From Octopus sinensis (taxonomy: Eukaryota), in contig NC_043009.1 of NCBI RefSeq assembly GCF_006345805.1, positions 36,208,001-36,272,000 on the forward strand: a DNA stretch of 64,000 nt, in the 5' to 3' direction. Position 1 is the stretch's first letter. The number at the start of each line of letters is the position of its first letter. The translations under genes and the position numbers were made by a program. Below, piece after piece: positions 62,934 through 64,000 of the stretch. A model generated the notes under the pieces. That model was not told the origin of the DNA. It searched no databases and saw only the letters and a program-made list of their open reading frames with translations.

Positions 62934-63330
62934 AGAAGTCAGAGCGGGGGCAAACTGTTTAGTTAAGGTGAGAGTAAATTTACAAGACACTGGGAAGAGA
63001 TAAAAGCGCCACCTTGTGAGGAACATGGAGATAGAAGAGTATCATAGACCAAAGCAACGACAGACACATACACTCAAGCACGCACTTATGTGTGTGTGCG
63101 TGTGTGTGTTGTGTGTGTGTATAATACATACAAACACTTTCACAAACATATACACACACACACAGCAATCATACAAGATAAGCAAGAAGAAATAATGCCC
63201 CTCCCCCTCCTCTTATGTTAGCTGCGAAAGGTGGGGAAGGGATATGGTAAAAGTAGAATAAAGGAAGAGGTAAGAGAGAATAGAGAGGTGGAGGGGGTTC
63301 GTCTGCGTCTGAGATATATGTATATGTAAG

Positions 63331-63379
<49 letters not shown>

Positions 63380-64000
63380 GTGTCCTTTCGTTTGCCGGCT
63401 CACTCGTGTGTATACACACACACACACACATATACACACTCACCCTTATATACACTATATAACACACTCGCTATCATTCATTGTATGCAATCACTACTGT
63501 TGCCATACAATTCCACCACTATGTGCCACTGCTAACAATACATTGCTAACATCACCACCACCACCAACACCAACACCACCACCACCAACAACAACAAAAG
63601 CAATGCAACGCTGAGGCCATCGCTATATCACTAGCATCACCACCACCACACCACCAACACAGCGCTAATATCACCACTTCCATCGCCACCACCACTACCA
63701 CCGTCACTGACACCACTAACAAAACAAGGCTAACACCACCACCTCCCTAGACCACCGCCATCCTCTCGTAAACTGTAAACTGTCCGCCATATTGATCCGT
63801 CAGTTGACAGAATCGTTATCTGATTGTTTCCCCCAATTACGACTAAATGGTGTTAGGATCAAATGTACTTCCGGTAGAGAAATAAAGGGGAGATAAACAA
63901 ACGAAAGGAAAATGGTCGACTTGAAATGCATCCTTAACGGTCTGAACTGTCTAAAGTAACGATTGAAATGATGATTAGCAATAGGGTGTATGTATGTGTG

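Overview
AT-rich, microsatellite-saturated animal DNA, most likely intronic or intergenic. The tRNA-derived SINE families resemble those I recognise from Octopus assemblies, so the taxon call is an inference. No intact host gene, tRNA, rRNA or CRISPR array is supported, and nearly all ORFs in the track are translations of simple repeats. The window is a layered transposon landscape: at least 4 SINE families, 5 mariner-type remnants or MITEs, a Tc1 remnant with DD36E spacing, hAT-like MITEs, two non-autonomous Helitrons, RTE, CR1 and R4/Dong-like LINE fragments, and a decayed Gypsy integrase. There is one 100-N gap. The main signal that no ORF explains is a dense set of hammerhead-ribozyme (HHR) motifs, about a dozen in 64 kb. 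They sit in non-coding Penelope-like (pseudo-LTR/retrozyme-like) modules next to (AT)n tracts. They include a near-canonical type I HHR (19292-19344), a palindrome with an HHR core on each arm (19475-19637), an HHR with a large branched stem II (29095-29180) and permuted HHR-like cores in ~850-bp tandem units (58701-60390). A 23-bp minisatellite at 55590-56455 has a unit that looks like an amplified HHR core. A probable RTE 3' end carries three C2H2-type fingers (61332-61694). All structures were read by eye, none was folded computationally, and element boundaries are approximate.
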